From Mobula hypostoma (taxonomy: Eukaryota): a stretch of DNA of 64,000 nucleotides. Position 1 is the first letter of the stretch; each line of letters starts with the position of its first letter. Below, one piece after another: positions 26,101 to 38,092 of the stretch. The translations under genes and the position numbers were made by a program. The notes beneath the pieces are model-generated. The model saw only the letters and a list, made by a program, of their open reading frames with translations. It was not told the origin of the DNA and made no database searches. The stretch is taken from positions 201,750,001 to 201,814,000 of the forward strand of contig NC_086100.1 of the NCBI RefSeq assembly GCF_963921235.1, read 5' to 3'.

Positions 26101-27768
26101 CTCAGAGCCCTCAAAAGGTGCCTGGGCTTCTTTTCATATTACGCCCAATGGGTCTCTAACTACGCAGACAAGGCCCGCCCCCTGGTCAAGTCCATCACAT
26201 TCCCCCTTTCAGCCGAGGCCCGCGCGGCCTTCAGCCACATAAAAGGGGACATTGCCAAAGCAGCAATGTATGCGGTGGATGAGGCCATTCCCTTCCAAAT
26301 AGAGAGTGACGCCTCCGACTTTGCGCTGGCTGCTACCCTCAACCAGGCAGGAAGACCAGTGGCGTTCTTCTCCCGTACCCTTCAAGGCCCTGAAATTCGG
26401 CACTCTGCAGTAGAGAAAGAGGCCCAGGCCATAGTGGAAGCTATAAGGCACTGGAGGCACTATCTTGCCGGCAAAAGGTTCACCCTGCTAACTGACCAGC
26501 GCTCAGTCGCGTTCACGTTTAGTAACCGACAGCAGAGCAAAATCAAAAATGATAAAATTCTGAGGTGGAGAATCGAACTCTCCACCTACAACTATGACAT
26601 CATGTACAGGCCTGGGAAGTTCAACGAGCCCACCGACGCCCTATCCCGGGGAACGTGCGCCAGCGTGCAGATCGACCGGCTATACGCTCTACATGTAGAT
26701 CTTTGCCACCCAGGGGTCACCCAGCTTTTCCACTTCGTGAAAGCCTGGAACCTGCCTTACTCCCTTGAGGAGATCAGGATGATGACCAGGGACTGCCAAG
26801 TCTGCGCAGAGTGCAAACCACACTTCTACTGACCCGAAAAGGCACAACTAATCAAGGCCACCCGCCCCTTTGAGCAACTGAGTGTTGACTTTAAGGGCCC
26901 CCTTCCCTCCACCGACCGCAATGTGTACTTTCTTAACATAATTGACAAGTACTCGCAGTTCCCCTTCGCCATCCCCTGCCCCGACACCACTACCACGTCA
27001 GTTATAAAAGCCCTGTGCAAGCTCTTCACTCTGTTCGGATACCCATGCTATATCCACAGTGACAGAGGGTCCTCGTTTATGAGTGACGAGCTGCGCCAAT
27101 ATCTACTGGCTAGGGGAATTGCAACCAGTAGGACCACGAGCTATAATCCCCGGGGGAATGGACAGGTGGAGAAGGAGAATGACACGGTGTGGAAGGACAC
27201 ACTCTTAGCCCTCAGGTCAAAGGGACTGCTGGTCTCCCGCTGGCAGGAGGTCCTTCCCGAGACACTCCACTCCATCCGCTCCCTGTTATGCATGGCCACC
27301 AATGCCACCCCTCATGAGCAGCTCTTTTCTTTTCCCAGAAAATCGACCACTGGAACCACCCTACCATCTTGGCTGACGTCCCTGGGGCCAGTGCTGCTCC
27401 AGAAACATGCGAGGAGCAATAAATACTCCCTGATAGTCGAGAAGGTTCACTTACTTCATGCGAACCCCCAGTATGACTATGTGGTTTTACCTGATGGGCG
27501 AGAGGACACGGTCTGCATCCGCGACCTGGCGCCCGCGGGAGAACCGGGCCCCTACCCTGAACACTCCGTGGTGACTATTGACCCCGTACCCACCGATATA
27601 TGTACCCACGAGACACCGTGCACTCCAATCCCTACACAGACACCACACGACTCTCCCACACCAGGCGCGACGCACACGCATGAGGGATTACCGACGCCTG
27701 ACGTGCTGACACCTCAAGTGAGGCCGGAGCCAGCACAACGGCCGCTGCCGGTACGATCACCACCGGTG
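23116..27768 (+). mobile_element. Gypsy LTR-retrotransposon internal region (gag knuckle, protease, RT, RNase H, integrase), with stops; interrupted by CR1
   Basis: SCGKK.HFAKVC, LFDTGSTESFI, DAYPLPRI, YLDNITI, ESDASDFALAA, HPGVT..CQVC, IHSDRGSSF, NGQVEK in Gypsy domain order. No LTR seen. Confidence 0.95.
24514..25930 (-). mobile_element. Young 5'-truncated CR1 inserted in Gypsy RT
   Basis: 257-aa open RT C-terminus; nearly identical to 16650-17773. Confidence 0.95.
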
Positions 27769-28029
27769 TTCTCTGTCTGGAGGAGAAGAGCTCCCCACAG
27801 TCACTGCCTGGGCTACCGGCCGACCTGGCACCTGCACACACAGTCCAATCCCTTAATGGATCTAGTTTTACTGTGTGCTTAATAGATCTTGGCTCAGTTT
27901 ACATCTATAACTGCTTCATTTTGGCAAGAGTGAGCTTTGACTGGGTTCCAGGAGAGGGGAGAATGGGGCACAACTGGAAGTACAATCTGAATGTGAGCAG
28001 ACAGAGAGGAAATGGGAAAGCAAATTGTT

Positions 28030-28612
28030 ATTGTGGAGTCACAGGCAGATAGGGTCATACAGAAAGCTCTTGGCATATTGGCCTTCATAAATCTAAGTAC
28101 TGAGTACAGGACATTGGTGTGGCCTAATCTGGAGTACTGTGTGCAGTTCCTGTCACCTACCTACAGGGAAGATGTAAACGAGGTTGAAAGGGTACAGAGA
28201 AACAGTTACAAGGATATTGCCGGGTCTGGGGGACCTGAGTTATAAGGAAATATTGAATAGGTTAGAACTTTATTCCTTGGAATGTAGAAGATTGAGAGGA
28301 GATTTGATAGAGGTATACAAAATTTTCCACTGAGGTTGTGTGGGACACCACCCAGAGGGCATGGCTTACGGGTGAAAGGTGAAAAGTTTAAGGGGAACAT
28401 CAGAGGAAATGTCTTCACAGAAGGTTGTAAGAGTGTGGAATGAACTACTGGCACATGTAATGCATGCCAGCTCGATTTAAGAAAAGTTTGACAGCTACAT
28501 GGATAGTAAAGATATGGAGGGCTGTGATCTTGGTGCAGGTCAATGGGGGTAGGCAGTTGAAATGGATCGGTACAGACAAGATGGGCCAAAGGGCCTGTAC
28601 ATTTCTATAACT
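28030..28612 (+). mobile_element. CR1 3' fragment
   Basis: LVWPNLEYCVQF..ERVQR; CR1-type 3' end. Confidence 0.75.
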
Positions 28613-28844
28613 CTACGGAGTGTGGTGAGCTACAGTGAAAAAGTGGTGTATCAGTCACTTCATCATGACAGTGTAATGAGGCAGAACGATCAGAGTGCAG
28701 AGTAAATTGTCACAGTGACAGAGAAAGTGTGGTGCAGGTAGACAACAAGATCAACACGAGGTAGATTGTAAGGTCAAGAGTCTATCTCATTGTTTTAGAG
28801 AGAGGTGGGGGTCAGGAGTAGTTGCAGAAGGTTAGATTGTGAAG

Positions 28845-29505
28845 ACACTCAGTCCTCGTTTATTGTCATTTAGAAATGCATGCATTAAAAAATGATACAA
28901 CGTTCCTCCAGAAAGATATCACACAAACACAGGACAGACCAAGACTAAAACTGACAAAACCACATAATTATACTGTATAGTTACAACAGTGCAAAGCAAT
29001 GCCGTAATTTGATAAAGAGCAGACCACGGGCACGGTAAAAAAAAGTCTCAAAGTCTCGATAGACTCATCATCTCACGCAGACGGTAGAAGGGAGAAACTC
29101 TCCCTGCCATGAACCTCCAAGCGCTGTAAACTTGCCAATGCAGCACCATTGGAAGCACCCGACCGCAGCGGACTCTGAGTCCGTCCGAAAACTTCGAGCC
29201 TCCGACCAGCCCTCCGACACCAAGCACCGAGCACCATCTCTGCCTAGAGCTTCAACCCCGGCCCCGGCCGCCAAGCAACAGGCAAAGCCGAGGACTCGGG
29301 GCCTTCTCCTCCAGAGATTCTGGATCACACAGTAGCAGCAGCAGCAAAGCGGGTATTTCAGAAGTTTCACCAGATGTTCCTCTGTGCTTTCACATCTGTC
29401 TCCATCAAATCAGGATTGTGCACGGCACCCTACTTAACAGATAACAGACATCACACCAGAGTGGTCGCTGCACGCTGCGTTGTGCCACTATCTTCTCCTC
29501 CCGCC
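28845..29505 (-). repeat. Unclassified, probably non-autonomous interspersed repeat
   Basis: CpG-retaining non-coding block ending (minus strand) in AATAAACGAGGACTGAG; family not identified. Confidence 0.35.
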
Positions 29506-29546
29506 AGATAGAGATAAGATAGAGGTGAGGAGCCTTTAACGGTCAC

Positions 29547-29579
29547 CTCTGGGTGACCATCGGTGCCAGAGGGTCAAAG
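29547..29579 (-). CDS. Candidate 33-nt exon ((S)FDPLAPMVTQ(R)) of the putative divergent gene
   Basis: ctgacacctgccacag acceptor, GAG|gtgacc donor, phase 2 to phase 2; lies in a short non-repeat island. Confidence 0.25.
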
Positions 29580-29689
29580 CTGTGGCAGGTGTCAGTATCA
29601 GGGTCAGGATGGGCCCAGTGCCAAGGGTCAATGCAAAAGGTATCCTCTATCATAGTGCTGAAGACAAGGTGACGGGTTTACAAACAGAG

Positions 29690-31490
29690 GCACTGAATAG
29701 TGACGGCAAAATTGCAGTCAACAGGATGAGTTGCAATTTAAAAGGTGGACAAAATCAAGAAGGGTGACTACAGGGCTGAAAGTGTTATATATGACTATGT
29801 GCAGTTTATGGGATAACGTAGATGAACTTGCAGCACAGTTGCAGATTGGCAGGTATGTTGTAGGCATCACTGAATCACAGCTGAAAGATTACAGCTGGGA
29901 GCTTAATGTCCAAGGATTCGCATTGTATCGAAAGGACAGGCAGGAAGGCAGCGGGGGTGGCGTGTCTCTGTTGGTTAAAAAATGAAATCAAATCAGTAGA
30001 AAGAGGGGACATAGAGTCAAAAGGATTTTGAATCATTGTGGACAGGGCTGAGGAACTGCAAGGGTGAAAAGACCCTGATGGGAGTTGTATACAGACTCCC
30101 AAACAGTAGCAAGGATGTGCTCTGCAAATTACAATGGGAGATAGAAAATGCGTGCCAAAAGGGCAATGTTATAGATGTCACGGGGGATTTCAATATGCAG
30201 GTAGCTTGGGAAAATCATGTTGGTGCTGGATTCCAAGAGGGGAAATTTCTAGAATGTCTACAAGATGGCTTTTTAGAGCCCCCCGTGGTTGAGCCCACAT
30301 TGGGATCAGCTATTCTAGACTGGGTGTTGTGCAATGAACCAGAATTGATTAGAGAGCTTAAGGTAAAAGAACCCTCAGGGGTAGGTGGTCATTATATGAT
30401 TGAATTCACCCTGCAGGAAAAGCGACAGTCAGATGTATCAGTATTAAGGTGCAGTAAAGGGAATAGCAAGGGCAAGAACAGCATTTACAGAAACGAGAAA
30501 CATTCTAACGAACAAGAGAATAACAATTGACATCCTCCTTAGAACTCTCAGCTGCTACATTCTTCCTATATTGCTGTACGGCTGTGAGTCATGGACCATC
30601 ACAAATGCAATGGAAAAAAGAATCAATGCAGCAGAGATGTGGTTCCTCAGAAGAATCCTATGCATATCATATACGGACAGGATAACCAACGAAGAAGTTC
30701 TACAGAGAACGAAAACAAAATGTACATTACTTAAAAAAAAATTAGAAAACAGCAACCAAAATTCTTTGGACACAGCATGCAAAGAGAGACATGAGAACAT
30801 TTAGTTACAACGGGAAAGCTGGGAGGAAAAAGAGCAGAGACAGACAGAGAATGGAAATGATCGATGGAATAACATCATGGTTAGAAACAGGGGAGGCAAC
30901 AACTACAATTCAGAGGGTCAGGGACCGTGACGGATGGAGAGACATGATCGCCCATGCCAAATGGCAAGGCACCTGAATGAACGAAAGGGAATTACAGAGC
31001 TTCCTGAAGACTGGAAAATTGCAAGTGTCATTCCACTCTTCAAGAAGGGAGAGAGGAAGAAGAAAGGAAACTATTGGCCAGTTAGTCTGGCCTTAGTGGT
31101 TGGGAAGATGTTGGAGTCCATTATTACGGATGTGGTCTCATGTACCTGGAGGCACATGATAAAAGAGGCTGTAGTCAGCATGGCTTCCCCAAAGGAAAAT
31201 CCTGCCTGACAAATCTGTTGGAATTCTTTGAAGAAATAACAAGCAGAGTAGACAAAGGAGAATCAGTGGATGTTGTGTAGTTGGATTTTCAGAATTTCCA
31301 CACATCAGGCTGTTTAACAAGCTATGGTATTACAGAAAAGATTCTAGCATGGATAGAGCAGTGACTGTTCGGCAGGAGACAGCGAGTGGGAATAAAGGGT
31401 TGGCTATCGGCGAATAGCGGTGTTCCGCAGGGGTCTGTGTGCTGGGACTGAATCTTTTTATGTTATATGTCAATGATTTGAATGATGGAC
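29690..31490 (+). mobile_element. CR1 ORF2 fragments (endonuclease, RT) interrupted by an RTE 3' end
   Basis: VGITES, GVVYRLPNS, GDFNM, AILDWVL, NY.PVSL, SCLTNLLEFF. Confidence 0.85.
30470..30985 (+). mobile_element. RTE-clade LINE 3' end
   Basis: LLYGCESWTIT..RINAAEMWFLRRIL.ISYTDRITNEEVL; (TGAA)n-like tail. Confidence 0.85.
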
Positions 31491-32840
31491 TGAGAGCGGG
31501 AGGATAAGAGGGAGAGAGGGGGTGAGGATGAGTGGAAGGGAAGAAGCCAGGGGAGCGGAGAAGAGGAGGGGATGATGAGAGGGAGGGATGAAGGAGGGGA
31601 GGATTAGAGAGAGGACAGGTGGAATGAGGAGAAGGAGGGAGGATGAGACAGTGAGGAGGGGAGGATGAGAGGGAGAGAGGGGGAGGAGGGGAGGATGAGA
31701 ACAAGGGAGAGAGGAGTGGAGGATAAGAGGCAGGGAGGGAGGCAGGATGGGAGGATGAGAGGGAGGGAGAGAGTGGTGGAGATTGGGGAGCGTGCAGGGG
31801 CGGATGAGAGGCAGGGGTTAGGACAAGATAGTGAAAGGCCGGAGAAGGAGAGAAGATTGAAGGAAGATGGGAAGGGAGGAGGGGTGGATGAAAGATGGGG
31901 AGGATGAGAGTGAGCGAGTGAGGAAGAGAGGATGAGGAGGGAGAGGAGAGGATGAGAACAAGGGAGAGAGGAGTGGAGGATAAGAGGCAGGGAGGGAGGG
32001 AGAAGGGGAGGATGAGGGAGAGTGGGAGGAAGGGAAAATGAGGGAGAGAGGGGCAAGGGGAGGATTAGAGGGAGTGATGAGGGTGCGATGGTTGAGTGGG
32101 AGGGAGGAGGGGAGGGGGAGAGGGAGGGATGAGGGGAGGATGAGAGTGAGGGACGAGGGTAGGATGAGAGGGAGGGACGAGGGGAGGATGAGAGTGAGGG
32201 ACGAGGGGAGGATGAGAGGGAGGGAAGGAAGAGGAGGATGAGAGGGAGGGATGAGAGGAGGATGAGAGAAAGGGATGAGAGGAGGATGAGAGGGAGGGAA
32301 GAGTGGAGGATGAGAGTGAGGGACGAGGGGAGGATGAGAGGGAGGGACAAGGGGAGGATGAGAGGGAGGGACAAGGGGAGGATGAGAGGGAGGGACGAGG
32401 GGAGGATGAGAGGGAGTTCAGGAGGATGAGAGGGAGTTGGGGAGGATAAGAGGGAGTTGGGGAGGATGAGAGGGAGTTGGGGAGGATGAGAGGGAGTTGT
32501 GGAGGATGAGAGTGAGGGACGAGGGGAGGATGAGAGTGAGGGACGAGGGGAAGATGAGAGTGAGGGACGAGGGGAAGATGAGAGTGAGGGACGAAGGGAG
32601 GATGAGAGGGAGGGACGAGGGGAGGATGAGAGGGAGGGACGAGGGGAGGATGAGAGAGAGGGACGAGGGGAGAATGAGAGGGAGTTCAGGAGGATGAGAG
32701 GGAGTTGGGGAGGATGAGAGGGAGTTGGGGAGGATGAGAGGGAGTTGGGGAGGATGAGAGGGAGGGAAGAGTGGAGGATGAGAGTGAGGGACGAGGGGAG
32801 GAAAGGAGGGAGGGAGGGAAGAGGAGGAGAGGATGAAAGG
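31490..32840. repeat. Purine-rich compound minisatellite (24-bp GAGGATGAGAG(T/G)GAGGGACGAGGG and 20-bp GGAGGATGAGAGGGAGTTGG units)
   Basis: Tandem units directly visible at 32130-32800. Confidence 0.9.
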
Positions 32841-33570
32841 GAGACAGTCACCCCTAGGCTACAGGAGACGGGTAAATGCGTGACTGTCAGGAGAGGGAAG
32901 GGAGAACGTCAGATAGTGGAGAGCAGCCCTGTGGCTGTCCCCCTCAACAATAAATACTTCATTTTGATTGCTGTTGGGGGTGGGGACGACCTACCTGGGG
33001 GAAGCGACAGTGGCCGTGTCTCTGGTACTGAGTCTGACCCTGTGGCTCAGAAGGGTAGGGAACTGTAGAGGATGGCAGCAGTGACAGGGGACTCTATAGT
33101 TAGTGGGGTCCCATAGGTGATTCTGTGGAAAGAATCCCAGATGGTAGTTTGCTTCCCAGGTGCCAGGGTCTGGGGTGTTTCTGGATGCATCCACGATATC
33201 CTGAAAAGGGAGGGTAAGCAGCCGGAGGTCGTGGTAGATATTGGTACCAATGACACAGGTAGGAAAAGGGGGAAGGTCCTGAAAACAGACTACAGGGAGT
33301 TAGGAAGGAAGTTGAGAAGCAGGACCTCAGGGGGTAGTAATCGTGGGATTACTGCCTGTGCCAGGTGACAGTGAGTATAGGAATAGAATGAGGTGGAGGA
33401 TAAATGCGTGGCTGAGGGATTGGAGCTGGGGGCAGGGATTCAGATTTCTGGATCATTGGGACCTCTTTTGGGGCAGGAGTGACCTGTACAAAAAGGGATA
33501 GGTTGCACTTGAATCTGAGGGTTATAATTACGGGAAAATTTACTAGAGCTGTTGGGAGTGGTTTAAACTA
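32840..33570 (+). mobile_element. CR1 ORF1 esterase-like fragment
   Basis: VPLNNKY, GDSIV, MVVCFPGARV, VVVDIGTND. Confidence 0.85.
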
Positions 33571-33899
33571 ATATGGCTGTCATACGGTGGGTGTTGATGG
33601 CAGACCCAAATGCAAGACACAGACACTGAAGTACTGGGAACTGGACTGGACTAGGCTTGGGGACAGAACTGGACACAGACGAGGAGCTGGGACAGGAACA
33701 CAGACTTAGGCTAGGACTTTGGCTGGGAAAGCCAGACCCCCAGGACAAGGGACTGGGAACTAGGAGCCTGGGTTTGGGCTCCGAGCCGGAGACTGGACAA
33801 GGACCCAGAACCTGGGTCTTGACTCGGGCTTGGACCCCAGAACTAGGCGAGGATATGACGTGGCTACAGGACTGGACGCAGGCTAGGGCTCTTCGATGA

Positions 33900-34960
33900 A
33901 ATGGAGGGAGGAGAGGATAATGAAAGGGAGGTAGGAGGGGAGAATTAGAGGGAGGGAGGAGGGGACGATAAGCGAGAGGAGAGGAGGGGATGATGACTGG
34001 GAGGGAGGAGAAAATGTTGCTAGTGAACGGGGAGTTTGAGAGGGAGCAGGGGGGTGGGGAGAATTAGAGAGCAGGAGAGGAGGGGAGGATGAGAGGGAGG
34101 GAGGAGGGGAAGATGAAAGGGAGGATAGGAGGATGAGAGGAAGGGAGGGAGAGAGGAAGGGAGGGAGAGAGGGAGGGAGGGAACAGTGGAGGATGAGAGA
34201 GTGGGGAAGATGGGAGGGAGGGGAAAGGGGGTTTGAGCTAAGGAGGGGAGAGAAGAATGATGGGAGGGAGTGGGGACTATTAGGCAGGGGTGGATGAGAG
34301 GGGAGGGAGATGGGGCAGGATGAGCGGGAGGGAGTAGGGGATGATGAGAGAGGGATGGAGGGGGGTAGAGTGAGAGGGATGGAGGAAGGTTGGAAGAAAG
34401 AGATTGAGTAAGGGAAGATGAGTGGGATAACAAAGGAAAGCTGGGCAGGAGGGAGGAAGGGTGGATGAGATGGAGGGAGGGGAGGAGACGAATAAAGGGG
34501 AGGAGGTGTTGTTGATAAGGAGGGAGGAAAGAGTGGAGGGTAAGAGGGAGGGAGTGAGGAGGAGAAGATGAGTGAGTGAGGGAGCAGGAGGGGGAGGTTG
34601 AGAGGGAGTTAGGGAGGAGGGGAGGATGAAATTGAGGGATAAAAGAATGAGAGGGAAGGAGAGTGCAGGGAGGGATGAGGATAGGATGAGAAGGATGGAA
34701 GGTGGAGGGGAAGATGAGGGGGAGGGGTGTGGAGAGTGGAGGATGGAGGATGAGGGGGAGGGGTGTGGAGGATGAGAGGGAGGGGTGTGGAGGATGAGGG
34801 GGAGGGGTGTGGAGGGTAGGGGAGGGTGTGGAGGATGGAGGATGGGGGAGGGGTGTGGAGGGGGATGGGAGGGGTGTGGAGGATGATGAGGGGGAGGGTG
34901 TGGAGGATGGAGGATGAGGGGGAGGGGTGTGGAGGATGGAGGATGGAGGATGGAGGGGAT
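33900..34960. repeat. G/A-rich low-complexity tract upstream of the CpG island
   Basis: Almost C-free plus strand; GGAGGATG and GGGTGTGGAG subrepeats. Confidence 0.9.
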
Positions 34961-35059
34961 TCAGAGGGCTCGGGTTGGGTGAGCCGGCCGTGAAGGGTTT
35001 TTTGGTGGGATTAGGGAGAGACAGACGGGTCTGGGCAATGGGACGGGATCTTGCTTTAC

Positions 35060-35460
35060 CTGAGCGAGGAGTCCTGGATAACCCACCTGGGGGAGAGACG
35101 CTGCCCGAGAAGGTGAGGCAACTCGGTCCCTGGCTGAGTGGGGGACGGACGCCGAGCAGATCGGGAGTGAGTCGGAACGGGGGATGACGGACTGGCGGAG
35201 AGCGGTGGTGGATTGGGGGGGGGGCCCGTCCCAGGAGGGGAGGGGAGGGGAGGCAGGGCCTGTGTCTCGGTAACAAAAGGGTGAATGACGGGGGGTCCAG
35301 CTCCGCGGGGTGAGGTTGTGTTACTTGTTCTGGTTCTGATTTGGGTCCCGGGTTCCCACCCCACCCTCCGCAGTGAACGGTGCCGGTCCGTTTCCTGGTG
35401 AGACCCTTGGACGGGGTCCGGTGCCGTAACCCGGGGGTAAGGTGGTGGGGTTAGTTCCAT
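35060..35460 (-). CDS. Candidate first coding exon of a divergent gene (Pro-rich, MELTPPPYPR...WVIQDSSL)
   Basis: The ATG-initiated 134-codon ORF ends exactly at a CAG|GTAAAG donor (phase 2) inside the CpG island. Confidence 0.35.
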
Positions 35461-35624
35461 AACCGGAGTTGCGATGGGCGGTCGCGTATTTCGGGGTCCG
35501 TATCCGAAATGGGTAGGTGGTTCCGAAACCGGGAAGGGGCGGGCCGGGGGTGGTCCCGGGCGCTCCTGGCACTGACGCCCGCCGCTGGGCTTCCCACTCG
35601 GGCTGCCGCCGCCGAGCCGTCGGG

Positions 35625-35766
35625 ATGGAGTCGCCGATCTTCACCCTGCTGCTCGTCCTCTGCCTCCCGGCTGGGCTCCCCGGCGCTTCCATCCCAACGG
35701 AGCCGCGAACGTCCCCGGGCCCCGGGACACCCAACTACCCAAAACCGTCCGGCAGCGCGGAGACAG
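35625..35766 (+). CDS. CPXM1: Carboxypeptidase X-like gene, exon 1 (signal peptide)
   Basis: Kozak gggATGG; MESPIFTLLLVLCLPAGLPGA hydrophobic leader; donor CAG|GTGAGA, phase 1, compatible with the downstream exons. Confidence 0.8.
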
Positions 35767-35869
35767 GTGAGACCGGAGCCGGGGGGGTGCGAGTCCGAGC
35801 AGCGGGTCTGCTGGTGAGCTGGGTTCCTACCGGATCCTCCGAGCCTTGTGGATCCGCTGTTGTTTAGCC

Positions 35870-36530
35870 GTCTTATTGTATTTGCTGCTCTAAAGCAACG
35901 CCAGGCGAAAATCTGAAACGTGGAGGAACCGACATTCAGGATCGGAGCGAAGTCAAAAATCCGAGGGGGATTTCGGGATCCTCGTGCAGGATTCCCTAAA
36001 GGTTCACTTCCAAGTTGAGTCGGTGGTGAGGAAGGCAAATGCAATGTTAGCATTTCATTTGAAGCGGACTAGAATATAAAAGCAGGGATGTGATGCCGAA
36101 GGTTGATAAGTGGTGCGTTAGACCGCAGTTGGAGTCTAGTGCGCGGCTTGGGGGCCCCCCATGTGAGAGAAGATGGTGCTAACACTGGAAAGGTTCCAGA
36201 CGAGGTTCGCGAGAACGATTCCGGGAATGAAAGGGTTAAAGTATTGGGCGCGTTTGATGGTTCCGGAGTTTCGAAGAATGAGGAGGGATTTCATCGAATA
36301 CTGGACGGCCCGGGTAGAGTGGACGTGGAAAAGCTGTTTCCGACTGGGACGGAGGGGTGGGGAGGAGGTGCGGCGCGAACCCAGAACGGGGCGGGGGGGG
36401 CGTCCACTTAGAACGGAAACGAGGAGAGTTTCCTCAGCCGGGGGGCGGTGAGCCTGTGGAATTCGTTGCCGCAGGCGTCTGTGGAGGCCAAGTCACTGGG
36501 CATGTTTAATGCGGAGATGAAAGTTTTTTG
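35870..36530 (+). mobile_element. Old CR1 RT 3' fragment, unusually CpG-rich
   Basis: GGACTAGAATATAAAAGCAGGGATGTGATG..., CTGTGGAATTCGTTGCCGCAG; homologous to about 7790-8330. Confidence 0.7.
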
Positions 36531-36559
36531 ATCAAGTATTGAAGACCTTCGCTGCAGCA

Positions 36560-37070
36560 AGAATTAGTAACAGCAAACAAGCTCAACCCCGCAATGGAAG
36601 CATCACCTTTGTGAGAGCGACCACAGGCATTCTGGCTCCCACTCACGGCTGGCCAGGAGATCCCACAGCACGGCGTCGAGACCAGACATCCTCCAGAGGT
36701 GCACAGCCTCCTGCTGCCGCTGACGGTGCCCCGGGAGGAGGGTCTGTGGAGGCCCGAGAGAGGAAGCTGGCCAGAGATGAGGAGCTGGTCGGTAACCGCT
36801 GGCTGTCAGAGGGGCGAAGCGCGTCCCCATTGAAACGGGGCGCCCGGGCTTCGCGGGACAGTCTCTTCACCGAGCCCTCGGTGCATTGGACCCCCGCCGA
36901 TCCAAGGAGGCAGAAAGCCTCAGGACGGCTCTGGATGAAGTGAGCAAGTCCCTGGCGGTCTGCAGCACAGGCTACCTGAACCCGTCGTGGTTGGATCACC
37001 CAGGGCTGGGTGGCCTGGGCCAGGGTGTCTGATGTTGAAACCACCCAGGGTGCAGCAATGATGATGTGAG
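36560..37070 (+). mobile_element. Restriction-like-endonuclease non-LTR retrotransposon 3' fragment (HERO-like)
   Basis: Across frameshifts: RPDI, LLPLTVPREE (compare LELTVPWEE), EARERKLARDEELV, PIETG..GFAGQSL, ASGRLWMK. Confidence 0.6.
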
Positions 37071-37411
37071 GGGAGCATCTGGAGATGTATTCATGGAAAA
37101 ATGGAGCAGAGATTGACAGGGTCTTGATTAACCAGGGAGTGAATGGTTATGAGGAAAGGGCAGGAGACTGGGGCTGCCCCCATGGGATGGCGGAGTAGGT
37201 TCAATGGGCCACATGGCCTAATTCTGCACCTATGTCTCATAAAAATAGTTGTTTTGTTCAACCCAAAGACAAAATAAGTAATTAGTGTAAACGAGGCATA
37301 GTGAGTTAGCGTTCATGGGTTCATGGCAGAGGGGAAGGAGCTGTTCCAAAAGTGTTGAGTGTGTGTTTTCAGGCTCCTGTACCTCCTCCCTGATGGTAGC
37401 AATGGGAACAT

Positions 37412-38092
37412 TGAACATAGAAATCTACAGCACATTACAGGCCCTTCGGCCCACAATGTTGTGATAACCATGTAACCTACTCTGCCTAGAATTTCCCGAG
37501 TGCATAGCCCTCTATTTTTCTAAGCTCCATGTACCTACCTAAGAGACTCTTTAAAAAAACCCTATTGTATCCACCTCTATCACCATCACTGGCAGAGCAT
37601 TCCACATACCCACCACTCTCTGACATCCCCCTTGAACCTACTTCCAAGCACCTTAAGACTATGCCCCCTCGTGTTAGCCATTTCAGCCCTGGAAAAAAGC
37701 CTCTGACTATCCACACGATCAATGTCTCTCATCATCTTATACACCTCTATCAGGTCACATCTCATCCTCGGTCACTCCAAGGAGAAAAGGCTGAGTTCAC
37801 TCAAGCTATTCTCACAATCCAGGCAACATCCTTGTAGATCTCCTCTGCACTCTTTCTATAGTTTCCACATCCTTCCTGTAGTGAGATGACCAGAACTGAA
37901 CACACTACTCCAAGTGGGGTCTGATTAAGGTCCTATATAGCTGTAACATTACCTCTCGGCTCTTGAACTCAATCCCACAGTTGATGAATGCCAACACACC
38001 ATACACCTTCTCAACAACACTGTCAACCTGTGCAGCAACTTTGAGTGTCCTATGGATATGGACCCCAAGATCCTTCTGATCCTCCAGACTGC
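37412..38092 (-). mobile_element. CR1 3' fragment (same subfamily as 1-1135)
   Basis: DLGVHIHRTLK..LIRPHLE; tail. Confidence 0.9.

Larger units (their letters stand above)
34965..36500. promoter_or_regulatory. CpG island / promoter of the CPXM1-like gene, possibly bidirectional; GC box GGGGCGGG at 35536-35543
   Basis: CpG density is sharply raised against the CpG-depleted surroundings and overlaps the first coding exon. Confidence 0.8.

Noticed and set aside
23116..27768. Domesticated retroviral-like gene or prokaryotic RT system (retron, group II intron)
   Set aside because: Standard Gypsy domain order with stops and a LINE insertion; all RTs in the window fit eukaryotic retrotransposon clades.
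27765..27835. Possible minus-strand exon after a gtgtgtgcag acceptor next to the Gypsy end
   Set aside because: There is a stop in the required phase and no convincing donor.
33590..33895. GGACTGG-rich block that might be an LTR or exon
   Set aside because: No partner copy, terminal motifs or usable splice sites were identified; left unclassified.
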